DNA of 64,000 nt from Cenococcum geophilum (Eukaryota), in NCBI GenBank assembly GCA_050273025.1, contig CP158636.1:1178001-1242000 (forward strand), written 5' to 3'. Within the stretch, counting starts at the first letter, position 1; each line of letters opens with the position of its first letter. Below are positions 63,792-64,000 of the stretch, in pieces. Both the position numbers and the translations under genes were made by a program. The notes below the pieces were generated by a model. That model did no database searches and was not told the origin of the DNA. It saw only the letters and a program-made list of their open reading frames with translations.

Positions 63792-64000
63792 TATAACGAA
63801 GCCTTATAGTAGATACTATGGTAGGCTTATTAATAGGCTGGGTATATAAATAATAAGAAGTTAATAACGTAATAATAACTAAGAGTAGTTGCCTAATAGA
63901 TTAACTCTAATTATATTATAAGATTTACTATAAAGAAGAGAACTATCTAGGTAGGGACTATAGTCCTTTAAATACACAATACTGCGCCTAAGAAATGTAC
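63792..64000 (-). repeat. A4 5' LTR (partial)
   Basis: Matches 40569-40780. Confidence 0.92.

Larger units (their letters stand above)
40569..64000 (-). mobile_element. Chromovirus family A, divergent copy A4; 5' LTR truncated by the window end; hosts two TIR elements, a Copia solo LTR and A5
   Basis: 3' LTR 40569-44399 (split by the TIR element). PPT complement CTATCCCCCTCCCTTT at 44400. The matching 5' LTR starts at 63792. Left flank is ACGTT; the TSD cannot be checked. Confidence 0.92.

Overview
This is a gene-free, AT-rich block from a filamentous ascomycete (Pezizomycotina-type) genome, made entirely of nested transposable elements. Most elements carry a heavy repeat-induced point mutation (RIP) signature: C>T/G>A changes, TpA excess, YLDD>YLNN, and many Trp/Gln/Arg codons turned to stops. 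I could resolve most junctions by LTR termini and target-site duplications (TSDs). An old Ty3/Gypsy (E) is the base layer. Into it went a second Gypsy (C) and five copies of one chromovirus family (A1-A5; A1 inside C, A5 inside A4). Also present are a short-LTR chromovirus (B), a Ty1/Copia 3' half, two un-RIPed solo LTRs, a PIF/Harbinger-like MITE, a non-LTR (SINE-like) insertion with a 13-bp TSD, and three non-autonomous TIR elements with CATC termini and 2-bp TSDs that carry the same cassette of three satellites. No intact protein gene is present, and I reject every ORF in the supplied track. The most notable candidate system is an antisense, apparently spliced accessory gene between pol and the 3' LTR of every family-A copy. 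After undoing RIP across copies it encodes a six-Cys cluster with Zn2Cys6-like spacing, a coiled coil and an acidic/Ser-rich tail. Other highlights are the satellite cassette carried by two different TIR shells, a 56-bp palindromic module shared by the 3' UTRs of a Copia and a Gypsy, and covariation support for Tf1-type self-priming. Coding boundaries inside RIPed elements are approximate.
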